54,327 bases of DNA from an uncultured Thermoplasmata archaeon (GTDB lineage Archaea > Thermoplasmatota > DTKX01 > DATEUP01): positions 1-54,327 of the forward strand of contig CBEUCC010000002.1 in NCBI GenBank assembly GCA_965541515.1. Direction: 5' to 3'. A model generated the notes under the pieces. The model saw only the letters and a list, made by a program, of their open reading frames with translations. It was not told the origin of the DNA and ran no database searches. The position numbers and the translations under genes were made by a program. Of this stretch, positions 40,259 through 48,604 are shown in pieces (position 1 is the first letter of the stretch; each line of letters starts with the position of its first letter).

Positions 40259-40595
40259 TATCTTGCGCCGCAATCCGGTCGAGACGGGCGCTCGCGCGGG
40301 CCAGCAGGCGTGTCCGCACCACGGTTTCGCGTGGAAAATGGGGAATCGACGAGACCGCGTTCGGCGTTTTCAGGGATTGTTAACGTGTAACCAGTCCGGC
40401 CAGACGCCACTTGCTAGGGCGCGGTGAGTCCGGATCCTTGGTTTCCGAATCGCATTTTGGGCCGGCCGCGGTGGCCATTATGTCAAGTCTAGATGGTTGT
40501 GTGAAAGTCCTTAAATAGAAACTGAGCAACATCTTTCGTATAGGAAATCGGTCCGACCTCCGGAACCGAGCCTCGCGTTGGTGGACCCGTTGGAG

Positions 40596-40877
40596 ATGTA
40601 CAAGCGCGTTGTGTTGACCTCGAAGGTGTTTGACGCCCTAGCCTCGGAGGAGCGGATCACGATCTTGAAGCTGCTTGACCAGCGGCAAATGACCGGGACC
40701 GACATCGCCAACAAGCTCGGCCGGAGCAAGAGTTCCATCTTCAAGCAGTTGCAAAAGCTCCAGGAGGCGGACCTCGTGAAGCGAGTGGATGAGGGCCGCA
40801 AGTGGATCTACTACTACCCCACCGACAAGGCCAAGCGGATCCTGCACCCCGAGGACGTCGTCATTACGCTCCTTTGA
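40596..40877 (+). CDS. ArsR-like winged-helix transcriptional regulator (paralog of 13127..13483)
   Basis: 'MYKRVVLTSKVFDALASEERITILKLLDQRQMTGTDIANKLGRSKSSIFKQLQKLQEADLVKRVDEGRKWIYYYPTDKAKRILHPEDVVITLL' aligns from its first residue with 'MIWKRVVLTPRIFAALASPLRVRVL...'. I therefore prefer ATG 40596 to the ORF-track TTG 40578. Confidence 0.7.
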   Translation: MYKRVVLTSKVFDALASEERITILKLLDQRQMTGTDIANKLGRSKSSIFKQLQKLQEADLVKRVDEGRKWIYYYPTDKAKRILHPEDVVITLL

Positions 40878-40928
40878 GCCCCGCGCGTTCGGTCGAGCAG
40901 GCCGCCCCGACGGTAGCCGGCCAACCCC

Positions 40929-40934
40929 TTTAAT
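40929..40934 (+). promoter_or_regulatory. TATA-box-like element upstream of tmk
   Basis: 'TTTAAT' lies only 12 nt before TTG 40946 but 24 nt before in-frame GTG 40958. This favours a leaderless start at 40958. Confidence 0.3.
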
Positions 40935-40945
40935 CCGGCCGCTCG

Positions 40946-41614
40946 TTGGTGAGCGCCGTGCCGGAGAAGGGGAACCCGGGTGCGCTCGTCACGATTGAGG
41001 GCATCGACGGCACGGGCAAGTCGTCGGTCGCGACGGACCTTGGCCGTTTCCTTGCCGAGGTGAGCGTTCCAGGCGCGCTCCAGCGGGAGCCCACACCGTC
41101 GTGGATCGGCGAGGCGGTTCGTCGGGGCCAGGGGAACAAGGCGGCCCCGCTTGCGCTCACGTTCCTCTTCCTGGCTGATCGCGCGGAGCACGCGCGAGCC
41201 CTCGCCGACCAGGTCGCCGCGGGTACGGTCGTGGTGTGCGACCGCTACATCGATTCTACGACAGCTTACCAAGGCGCCGCGCTCGAGGGCGTGCTGCCGG
41301 CTGATGCCGGCGACCCGGTCGAGTGGGTGTGGGCCATCCAGCGGGTGTGGGCGCCTGTGCCTGACTTGACCCTTCTCCTCGTCGACGACCCGGCCGCATG
41401 CATGGAGCGCGTGCGGAAACGACCCGGAGCGACCGAGCTTTTCGAGGACGTCGCGTTCCTGGCCAAGGTCCAGCAGAACTACCGTGCCATCGCCGCACGG
41501 GAGGCCGCCCGGTTCAGGGTGGTCGGCCCCGGGACCCTCGGGTCAGTCAAGGCGGCGGCACGGGAGCACGTCCGGGCGCTCCTCGCGGAGCGCGGGCTGC
41601 TCAAGAAGGGCTGA
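40946..41614 (+). CDS. tmk: thymidylate kinase
   Basis: P-loop 'IEGIDGTGKSS', 'DRYIDSTTAYQG', and an Arg-containing lid region. Start is TTG 40946 or GTG 40958. Confidence 0.9.
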   Translation: MVSAVPEKGNPGALVTIEGIDGTGKSSVATDLGRFLAEVSVPGALQREPTPSWIGEAVRRGQGNKAAPLALTFLFLADRAEHARALADQVAAGTVVVCDRYIDSTTAYQGAALEGVLPADAGDPVEWVWAIQRVWAPVPDLTLLLVDDPAACMERVRKRPGATELFEDVAFLAKVQQNYRAIAAREAARFRVVGPGTLGSVKAAAREHVRALLAERGLLKKG

Positions 41615-41848
41615 CGGCGCCGCGCGCGCCCCCTCGGCATTTCACGAACCGAGGCCCACGTGCGGGATCGAAACTCGACCGTGGGTCGAAGAAAGTGAGA
41701 TCAGTGCGCACCCGCACCCCTTGGGGGGGGTGGAGGTGACAGAAATCGGGGCACCGATGCGCCTGACCTACAGGTTACTCTTGGGAGAGCGTCATATTTG
41801 AACGCTCGCGGATTGTCTACAAACGTCGAAACCGAGCGGCCGGGGAGC

Positions 41849-42235
41849 CTACCCTTCGGGGAGGCCCGCCCGCAGGTCACGCACCGTCTCGACCATGTTC
41901 TCGACCTGCTCCTTCGTGCGGTCGAGGTAGTAGCGCTGCCGCGGCTCGAGCGTGCTCTGGGTCTCGAGCAACTCGAGGTACGCCCGCATGGCGGTCGCGA
42001 GGTTGGTGAGGTCGTGCATGGCGCCGCTGACTGCGGCCATGTCCGTCTTCGGTCGCGCACGCTTCGGCTGGCTCGTGCGCTTCGGCCGGCCACGAGACCC
42101 CGCGCGTTTCCGGGTGGAGCCGCCTGCGGCCCGGCCACGCGCGGGCGCCGCCTTCTTGCGAGCGGCTGGCTTAGTTGCTTTCCGACGTCCGGCCTTTCGA
42201 GGTCCCGACTTGCGCTTCTTCCCCTTGGGTGGCAT
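41849..42235 (-). CDS. small protein with a K/R-rich N-terminal tail and a stand-alone histidine-kinase DHp (HisKA)-like helical hairpin
   Basis: 128 aa from ATG 42235. The tail begins 'MPPKGKKRKSGPRKAGRRKATKPAARKKAAPARGR...'. It is followed by 'AMHDLTNLATAMRAYLELLETQSTLEPRQRYYLDRTKEQVENMVETVRDL' (H-box 'HDLxNxL'). Codon third positions are strongly G/C. Two overlapping ORFs in other frames were rejected. Confidence 0.5.
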   Translation of the reverse strand: MPPKGKKRKSGPRKAGRRKATKPAARKKAAPARGRAAGGSTRKRAGSRGRPKRTSQPKRARPKTDMAAVSGAMHDLTNLATAMRAYLELLETQSTLEPRQRYYLDRTKEQVENMVETVRDLRAGLPEG

Positions 42236-42359
42236 TCCGACCGCAACAGCGAGCCCGTGGTCGAGCCATATACATTTGGGTGGCGCGCACAGCCTACTCC
42301 GGCGACAGCCATTCGGCCGCGGGCCGCGCCGCGGCCCCATCGGCCCGACCGGCGGCCCG

Positions 42360-44147
42360 TCACATCTGCCCGACGACGAGTCCCTTCCATCGGTCGTAGT
42401 CGCGCTCAAGCCCCAGCTCCTTCGACGTCTGGGCGAGGTAGAACCAGACGCTCTTCTCCTCGGGGTCGAGGTCAAAGCTCTTCTTGAAGACAATCATGGC
42501 CTCCCGGAGCTTGCCCTCCTTTCGGAGCTGTGTGCCGAGTTTGATGTGGGACTTGATGTCGTGGGCCTCCAGGCCGGCCATCATCCGGTTGGCGTTCAGC
42601 GTCACGTTCAGCGACTCGAGGTCCACGTCGCGCCGGTGCACGTTGAACGTGTGGTCCGAGATCAGTTCGTCCACCAGGTCCTCGTAGATCATGTCGCCCC
42701 CGCGGAAGTGGATCGTCGCGATGTTCGTCTTGTCGATCATCTGCACGAGCTCCTCGCGGAACGTGCCCGCCGATGTGAGGAAGGCCGCGTCGCCGAGGTA
42801 GATCCCGACCTCGACTCCCTCGTGATTGATGAGCTCGAGGCCGCGACGCGCCTGGAAGTCGTGGTAGACTCCGTTGATGTCTTCGCTGCGCCGTCCGAGC
42901 TTCAGCGTCAACGCCCGCGCGTCCAGCTGCTCCTCCGCCTTGAACGCGAAGTTGTACAGCGAGAACTGCGAGACCTCGCCCCGCTCGATGTTCTCGCCGA
43001 ACCGGCGCAGCGCGCGCATGGCCCGCTCCGCGATCTTGCGGTCCGACTTCTTGAGCGCCTTGTAGTGGATCTTCTCGAGTTCGCCGAGCATCTCCTCGCG
43101 CGATCCCTCCGCACGTTCGGACCCGAGAAGCACCTCGAGCGCCCGGATCCGCACGAGGTCGTCGCGGTGCCTGGACAACTGCCGGGCGCGCGTGATCACC
43201 TGCTCGTCCTCGCGTGCCATCTCCGCGAGCGCGTTCACGACCGTGTCGTCAAAGTAAAGCGAACGCTTCTGCATCTGGTCGAAGAGCCTCGGCCAGAACC
43301 TCGAGCGGTCCGGTAGGGTCAAGATCGCCTTGAGGTTGTAGTACCGGCGCTCGTGCTTGAGCCCGCTCTTGAGCGCGGAGGCCGCATGGTTCGGGTCGGT
43401 GAGGTGCTCCGAGAGGTACTGCTCAATCTCGCCGGCCCGCTCGCGCAGCGCCCGCTTGCGCAAACGCATCGCGTCGCGCACGAGTGACAGGTGCTCGCGC
43501 TCGGTGGTGATCACCTCGTCGTAGAGGGCCACGGCCGTGGCGGCTTTCCCGGCCTGCTCGAGGATTTCCCCCTTGATGAGCGCCAGCTCTCCCAAGTGCG
43601 GGCGCTCCTCGATCTCCTTGTCGAGTGTCCCTAGCGCCTCGTCCCACTGCCCCTGCTTCTCGAACTCGAATACCTGGCGCTGGACCTCCTCGAGCTCCGT
43701 GAGGGCCATCCGGTCCTTCTCGCGTTTCTCGCGCACGACCGTGTCGTAGAGCTGCGAAAAATGGCTGCGAGCCGAGGTGTATTCCGGCTCTACCTCCAGG
43801 ACCTGCTTGTAGACCGACAGCGCCGCCTTCAGGTTGCCCGTCTTTCGCAGGAGCGCGCCCTTTGCCATCAGGAGGGAGAGGTTCACCGGCTCCTGCCCGA
43901 TCGCCTTGTCCATGCACTCGAGCGCCTGGTCGTACTCGAAGAGGTCCTCGAAGAGATCCGCCTTGGCCATCAGGAACTCGATCCGTTCCTGGGCGTCGGC
44001 ACCCTGGGTCGCCTCCAGGGTCTGGAGCGTAGCGCGTAGCCGCGTGTAGGAGTACTCTGGGTACCGCGTGAGCAAGTCGCCCGATAAGTGCCTCGGGGCC
44101 GAATCCGTGGACATTGAGACACCGCGGGTCGATACGCCTTCACTCAT
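42360..44147 (-). CDS. TPR/HEAT-repeat protein
   Basis: N-terminal TPRs include 'AKADLFEDLFEYDQALECMDKAIGQEP' and 'GNLKAALSVYKQVLEVEP'. HEAT-like helices include 'VRIRALEVLLGS' and 'AERAMRALRRFG'. A C-terminal TPR reads 'GKLREAMIVFKKSFDLDPEE'. The second ATG at 44114 is a possible true start, given an A/T box at 44161-44167. Confidence 0.75.
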   Translation of the reverse strand: MSEGVSTRGVSMSTDSAPRHLSGDLLTRYPEYSYTRLRATLQTLEATQGADAQERIEFLMAKADLFEDLFEYDQALECMDKAIGQEPVNLSLLMAKGALLRKTGNLKAALSVYKQVLEVEPEYTSARSHFSQLYDTVVREKREKDRMALTELEEVQRQVFEFEKQGQWDEALGTLDKEIEERPHLGELALIKGEILEQAGKAATAVALYDEVITTEREHLSLVRDAMRLRKRALRERAGEIEQYLSEHLTDPNHAASALKSGLKHERRYYNLKAILTLPDRSRFWPRLFDQMQKRSLYFDDTVVNALAEMAREDEQVITRARQLSRHRDDLVRIRALEVLLGSERAEGSREEMLGELEKIHYKALKKSDRKIAERAMRALRRFGENIERGEVSQFSLYNFAFKAEEQLDARALTLKLGRRSEDINGVYHDFQARRGLELINHEGVEVGIYLGDAAFLTSAGTFREELVQMIDKTNIATIHFRGGDMIYEDLVDELISDHTFNVHRRDVDLESLNVTLNANRMMAGLEAHDIKSHIKLGTQLRKEGKLREAMIVFKKSFDLDPEEKSVWFYLAQTSKELGLERDYDRWKGLVVGQM

Positions 44148-44277
44148 AGCCCACGCACCCTAATAAAGACCAGCAACTCAGGCGCGACCCTTGTGGTGAC
44201 GCAGAAAACGGTTGCAACGCCGGAGGGGTGCCACGTCGGACAAAGATGTAAACCCGGCCAGGTACCTCGTTCCGGTC

Positions 44278-45585
44278 TTACTTTCCGTAGGTTATGTGTC
44301 CAAGCACACGTTCTCGATCGAGCGGTTTCCTCGCGACCCCGGTCTCGACCGCGGCCTGCGCGACCGCAATGGCCACCGAGGGGACGACGCGCGGGTCAAT
44401 CGGGGAGGGTATTACATAATTTGCGGAAAGCTCCGCGTCCCCGATCAACGACGAGATCGCCTTGCTGGCGGCCAGCTTCATCTCGTCGTTGATGCGGCGC
44501 GCGCGCACGTCCAGGGCGCCGCGGAACACGCCCGGGAACCCGAGGACGTTGTTGGCCTGGTTCGCGTAGTCGCTGCGCCCCGTCGCGACGACGGCGGCCC
44601 CAGCCTCGATGGCTGCCTCCGGCGCGATCTCGGGCTCGGGGTTGGCAAGCGCGAAGACGACCGGCCCCTGGGCCATGGATTGGATCATCGGGCCGGTGAT
44701 GGTCCGCGGCGCCGAGAGCCCGACGAGGACGTCTGCCCCCTTCACGGCGTCGGCGAGCTTTCCCTGCCGCCCCTGGCGGTTGGTGAACCGTGCGACTTCG
44801 TCCTTGTATCGGTTCGTGTGCTCGGTCCGGCCCTCGTAGATGATCCCGGCGCGGTCACACATTGTGATCTCGCGCGCGCCCGCGAAGCGCAGGAAGTGTG
44901 CCAGCGCGATGCCGGCCGCGCCTGACCCGTTGATGACGAAGGCCGACTCCTCGAGGCGACGGTCTGTGACGCGCAGCGCGTTGAGGATCCCCGCGAGCGC
45001 GATGATCGAGGTCCCGTGCTGGTCGTCGTGGAAGACGGGAATGTCCAGGAGATCCTTGAGCCGCTCCTCGATCTCGAAGCATTGGGGCGTGGCGATGTCC
45101 TCGAGGTTGATCCCGCCAAAGGCGGGTTCGACGCGCTGGGCGGTCTCGATGAACTCGTCAGGGCTATTCACGTTGAGGCACAGGGGAAACGCGTCCACGC
45201 CGGCAAACTTCTTGAAGAGGATCGCCTTGCCTTCCATGACGGGCAGGCCCGCGTGCGGCCCGATGGGTCCGAGGCCCAGGATGCGTGTGCCGTCCGTCAT
45301 GATCGCGATCATGTTGCCCTTGGAGGTGTATCGGTACACCTCCGCCGGGTTCTTGGCGATCTCGAGGCAAGGCTCGGCGACCCCGGGCGTGTAGGCGAGC
45401 GAGAGGTCGTGGGCGTCCTTGACGCGCGTCTTGGGGTGGACCTCAAGCTTCCCGCCGTACCGTGAGTGGTAGCGCAGCGCTTCCTGGCGCGTGACGCTCG
45501 CGAGCCGCTGGGGCGCAGGACCGGCCGTCCTGCCGGACTTGCGGGCGGTGGTGGGGCGCTTGTGTGAGGAAGAGCGCGAGGCCAT
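44278..45585 (-). CDS. NAD(P)-dependent malic enzyme (short form)
   Basis: 'LAYTPGVAEPC', 'GTRILGLGPIGPHAGLPVMEGKAILFKKFAGVDAFPLCL' and the Rossmann motif 'INGSGAAGIA' are present. A basic N-terminal extension of about 30 aa means the true start may lie internally. Confidence 0.9.
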   Translation of the reverse strand: MASRSSSHKRPTTARKSGRTAGPAPQRLASVTRQEALRYHSRYGGKLEVHPKTRVKDAHDLSLAYTPGVAEPCLEIAKNPAEVYRYTSKGNMIAIMTDGTRILGLGPIGPHAGLPVMEGKAILFKKFAGVDAFPLCLNVNSPDEFIETAQRVEPAFGGINLEDIATPQCFEIEERLKDLLDIPVFHDDQHGTSIIALAGILNALRVTDRRLEESAFVINGSGAAGIALAHFLRFAGAREITMCDRAGIIYEGRTEHTNRYKDEVARFTNRQGRQGKLADAVKGADVLVGLSAPRTITGPMIQSMAQGPVVFALANPEPEIAPEAAIEAGAAVVATGRSDYANQANNVLGFPGVFRGALDVRARRINDEMKLAASKAISSLIGDAELSANYVIPSPIDPRVVPSVAIAVAQAAVETGVARKPLDRERVLGHITYGK

Positions 45586-45619
45586 GGAGATTCGAATCCG
45601 GTCAGGCGGCCTGAGACCC

Positions 45620-45626
45620 TATAAAG
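45620..45626. promoter_or_regulatory. TATA-box-like element in the divergent malic enzyme / DUF504-like intergenic region
   Basis: 'TATAAAG' lies 35 nt from the malic enzyme ATG (minus strand) and 42 nt from TTG 45668 (plus strand). It could serve either gene or both. Confidence 0.35.
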
Positions 45627-45667
45627 ACTCGCGGCCCGATGCATGGAGAGCAGGGAGCGTAAGGACT

Positions 45668-45916
45668 TTGCCGAAGGGCAAACCGGTCCTCAAGGGGATT
45701 GTGGACGCCCACTTCCACCGTGCCGGGCTCTCGCCCGAGGCGTTGACGCTCGTGGTTCGGGATCGGACGACGAGGGCGGGAACCGCCGTGATCCGCGGGC
45801 CGGAGATCGACGGCGTTCGAGGCGGGTTCGTGGACCTGCGCGACGGCCGGCGTGTCCCCGTGCACCGGGTGGTCGAGGTGCTCTCCGGGGGGGAACGTGT
45901 GTGGCCCCCCGGGTAG
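45668..45916 (+). CDS. UPF0248/DUF504 (MJ1316-type) small protein
   Basis: 'PVLKGIVDAHFHRAGLSPEALTLVVRDRTT...IRGPEIDGVRGGFVDLRDGRRVPVHRVVEVLSGGERVW' fits the DUF504 pattern, with a central DR and a C-terminal 'IP.HRI..I...G..vW'. The start is uncertain (TTG 45668 or GTG 45701). The ORF-track start 45491 overlaps the malic enzyme gene. Confidence 0.5.
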   Translation: MPKGKPVLKGIVDAHFHRAGLSPEALTLVVRDRTTRAGTAVIRGPEIDGVRGGFVDLRDGRRVPVHRVVEVLSGGERVWPPG

Positions 45917-45976
45917 GCCGCGGCGGCCGCTGACCAAAGGGACATTTGCCTCGAGCCCGATCCGGCCGGACGTCCC

Positions 45977-46357
45977 ATGGCCGAACTTTGCTGTCGCGAC
46001 TGCCCGCACTGGTACGGCTCGGAGGACGACGGATTCGGTCCGTGCACGATCAAGTCGCAACGTGAGGCGCGGCGCCCGCTCACGTACGGGGGCCACGCGT
46101 GCGACGAGGGGTACGCAAAGGTCGCCAGCGACGTGGTCTTCATCGGGAACGCGACGCCGCGCCCGGCGGCGCGCCCCTCGCCGCGCCCGCCGGCAAGACT
46201 TCGCGGGGGGTCCACGGCCGATCCCAAGCGCAAGGCCAAGGCGGCCGGTCCCAAGCGCAGGGCGAAGCCTCGGAGTCCCAAGGGCAAGGCCAAGGCGGGC
46301 GCGCGGCGCAAGGGCGGCAGTACCGCGTCGCGCAAGCGCGCGCGCCGCAAGCGATAA
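45977..46357 (+). CDS. small Cys-rich protein with a K/R-rich repetitive C-terminal tail
   Basis: The N-terminus is 'MAELCCRDCPHWYGSEDDGFGPCTIKS...GGHACDEGY'. The tail is 'PKRKAKAAG PKRRAKPRS PKGKAKAGA RRKGG...RKRARRKR'. Confidence 0.55.
   Translation: MAELCCRDCPHWYGSEDDGFGPCTIKSQREARRPLTYGGHACDEGYAKVASDVVFIGNATPRPAARPSPRPPARLRGGSTADPKRKAKAAGPKRRAKPRSPKGKAKAGARRKGGSTASRKRARRKR
46223..46303 (+). repeat. imperfect 27-bp x3 in-frame tandem repeat encoding PK[RG][KR]AK-type basic nonapeptides
   Basis: Units occupy 46223-46249, 46250-46276 and 46277-46303, each beginning 'cccaag'. The repeat lies inside CDS 45977..46357. Confidence 0.8.
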
Positions 46358-46420
46358 CCCGGGGGGAGCGCCGCGTCCGCGACGGTCCGCCTGCTGCAAC
46401 CAGAAGACTTCGCATTTGCC

Positions 46421-47260
46421 GTGTCGCTGACCGACACGGAGCGGTGGGGATTCACGACGGCCGACTTCGAGCGGTGCCTCGCGATCGCGCCCGACGGCTG
46501 CTTCCTCGTCCAGGAGGACGGCGAGCGGGCCGGTATCCTCACCACCGCATCCTACGGCGAGGTCGCATGGGTGGGGAACATTATCGTGGCCCCAGCGCTC
46601 CGTGGGCGCGGCCTTGGCGGCGCCGTCATCGTCCATGCACTCGACTTCCTCGACCGCAAGGGCACAAAGGCCGTGCGGCTGTGGGCGTACCCGAACACCG
46701 TGGAGCTCTACCGGAAGTTCGGGTTCCGCAAGGACGAGGTCTTGAGCACTCGCATGCTCGGGTTTGCGGACGGCCACGGGGGACGGGAACCGCAGCCGTT
46801 GCCCGCGGGGTGCCAGGTCTTGCCCGTTACGCCGCTCACTTGGCGCGACACCCTTGCCCTCGACCTGCGCTCCTTCAGGTCGGACAGGTCGCGTGTCATC
46901 GAGAAGATCGCAAGCGACCCCGTCAACCCCGGGTTCCTCGCGCGGGGGGCAAGCGGCGACGTGGAAGGCTACATCCTTGCCACCCTCTCCCCCAAGGGGT
47001 GCGAGATCGGTCCATGGGTCGTTGACGCAGCGCACAACCTGTGGGCCGCACCGGTCCTGCTCGACCGGATGCTCCACGTGCTTGCGGGCCGGTCGGTAGA
47101 GCTTGGCATCTACGGGGAGAATCCGCGTCTGGTTGACCTGCTCCACACCCGCGGGTTCCACGCGGGCTTTGTCACCGAGCAGATGACACGAGGCAACCCA
47201 AACGTGGGACAGGTGGACCCCTCGTCCATCCTCGCCGTCGGCTCCCTTGAGCGCGGATGA
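46421..47260 (+). CDS. GNAT-family N-acetyltransferase with a C-terminal accessory domain
   Basis: Acetyl-CoA motif is 'VAPALRGRGLGGAVIVHAL', and 'ELYRKFGFRK' is also present. GTG start. Confidence 0.8.
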   Translation: MSLTDTERWGFTTADFERCLAIAPDGCFLVQEDGERAGILTTASYGEVAWVGNIIVAPALRGRGLGGAVIVHALDFLDRKGTKAVRLWAYPNTVELYRKFGFRKDEVLSTRMLGFADGHGGREPQPLPAGCQVLPVTPLTWRDTLALDLRSFRSDRSRVIEKIASDPVNPGFLARGASGDVEGYILATLSPKGCEIGPWVVDAAHNLWAAPVLLDRMLHVLAGRSVELGIYGENPRLVDLLHTRGFHAGFVTEQMTRGNPNVGQVDPSSILAVGSLERG

Positions 47261-47333
47261 GTTGCCCGCGCCCTTCCCAGCCAATCATTAAATCGCGTCT
47301 TCCCCGTCGGCACTCCCACCCGGGGATGCACCG

Positions 47334-48599
47334 TTGGCGCAGCGTCTCTTCAATACGCGCTCGGGGAAGCCGGAGACGTTCCAGCCGGTCGGCGGAAACC
47401 GCGTCTCGATGTACGTTTGCGGCCCCACGGTGTACGACCTCGCGCACCTGGGTCACGGGCGGTCCTTCGTCCTTTTCGACGTGCTCCGCCGCCACCTCAC
47501 GTCGTACGGGATCGACGTCCGCCTCCAGATGAACTTCTCCGACGTCGATGAGAAGATCACCCTTAAGGCGCTCGACCAGGCGCGCGATCCGTTCGCCATC
47601 GCGGAGGAGTACATTGCCGACTTCCTCGCAGACATGGACGCCATCAAGGTCAGGCGCGCGGATATCTACACGCGCGCCTCGGGGGCGGTTACCGAGATCA
47701 TCGAGGTCGTCCGCAAGCTGGTCGCGGACGGCTACGCATACGCCGTCGGCGGCTTCGTGTACTTCGACCACAAGAAGTCGAAGGTGTTCGGGAAGCTAAC
47801 GCACCAGAAGATCGAGGACATGCTGGCGCGGGAGGCGTCCGACCCCACCTCACGGAAACGCTCGCTGCTCGACTTCGCGGTGTGGCAGGAGCCCAAGCCC
47901 GGCGACCCCACTTGGGACTCGCCGTGGGGGCGGGGGAAGCCCGGCTGGCACCTCGAGTGCTACGTCATGAGCCGGGACGCGCTTGGCCACCCGATCGATA
48001 TCAAGGGCGGCGGGCGGGACCTCATCTACCCCCACCATGAGAGCGAGTGGGCGGTGTGTGACGCGCTCACGCGCCAGCCGTACGCGCGCTTCTTCGTCCA
48101 CAACGGCTTCGTAAATTTCCAGAGCGAGAAGATGAGCAAGTCCAAGGGCAACTTCGTGACTCTGCGAGAGGCGCTCTCCAAGTACCCACCAGGCGCGGTG
48201 CGTCTGTGGCTGCTGTCGGCCCACTACCGGGACCCGCTCGTGTGGAAAGCCGGTTCGCTCGATGGCGCGAGGGAGCGGTACGAGGCGCTCGTCCGGGCCA
48301 AGGCGCGGCTTGAGGCGTGGGAGGAGGGGCTCGAGGGCGACGTGAGCTCTGTGATGGCGCCCGGGAAGGTCCCGCGGGGGCGCCTCAAGCAGATCGAGGG
48401 GTTCGCCTCGCGCTACCGGCGCGCGATGGAGGCCGACCTGAACACGCCCGCTGCCATCGACGCCCTCGAGGGTGCGCTCACCCAGGGCGCGGCGCTCGCG
48501 GCCGACGCGTCGCTGGACGAGGAGGTCCGGAAGGTGGTCGCGCACGTGGCCATTGCCACGGCGCGGCCCATGAATGACGTGCTACAGATCCTCGAATGA
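47334..48599 (+). CDS. cysS: cysteine--tRNA ligase
   Basis: 'VCGPTVYDLAHLGHGR' (HIGH-type), 'GWHLEC', 'HHESE' and 'KMSKS' are present. TTG start. The protein ends soon after the helical domain and is shorter than E. coli CysRS as I remember it. Confidence 0.9.
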   Translation: MAQRLFNTRSGKPETFQPVGGNRVSMYVCGPTVYDLAHLGHGRSFVLFDVLRRHLTSYGIDVRLQMNFSDVDEKITLKALDQARDPFAIAEEYIADFLADMDAIKVRRADIYTRASGAVTEIIEVVRKLVADGYAYAVGGFVYFDHKKSKVFGKLTHQKIEDMLAREASDPTSRKRSLLDFAVWQEPKPGDPTWDSPWGRGKPGWHLECYVMSRDALGHPIDIKGGGRDLIYPHHESEWAVCDALTRQPYARFFVHNGFVNFQSEKMSKSKGNFVTLREALSKYPPGAVRLWLLSAHYRDPLVWKAGSLDGARERYEALVRAKARLEAWEEGLEGDVSSVMAPGKVPRGRLKQIEGFASRYRRAMEADLNTPAAIDALEGALTQGAALAADASLDEEVRKVVAHVAIATARPMNDVLQILE

Positions 48600-48604
48600 C
48601 CCGC

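Noticed and set aside
41653-41687. 8-bp stem hairpin (GGCCCACG ... CGTGGGTC) whose loop contains 'GGGATCGAAAC', superficially like a tRNA T-arm or an att remnant of the tRNA-Thr 3' end
   Set aside because: I could draw no cloverleaf on either strand, and the T-stem halves do not pair. The similarity to the tRNA-Thr 3' region is limited to a few bases. It may simply be a post-tmk hairpin.
41952-43316. 454-aa plus-strand ORF antisense to the TPR/HEAT gene, together with ORFs 41701..42390 (minus) and 41798..42487 (plus)
   Set aside because: There are no motifs and the composition is Arg/Leu/Pro-rich. The chosen frames show TPR/HEAT helices and a DHp-like hairpin with strong G/C third-position bias.
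45602-47284. 560-aa minus-strand ORF covering the DUF504-like, Cys-rich/basic and GNAT genes
   Set aside because: It is antisense to three plus-strand genes, at least one of which (GNAT) has clear family motifs. Its composition is dominated by Arg/Pro/Gly/Ala and it has no motif.
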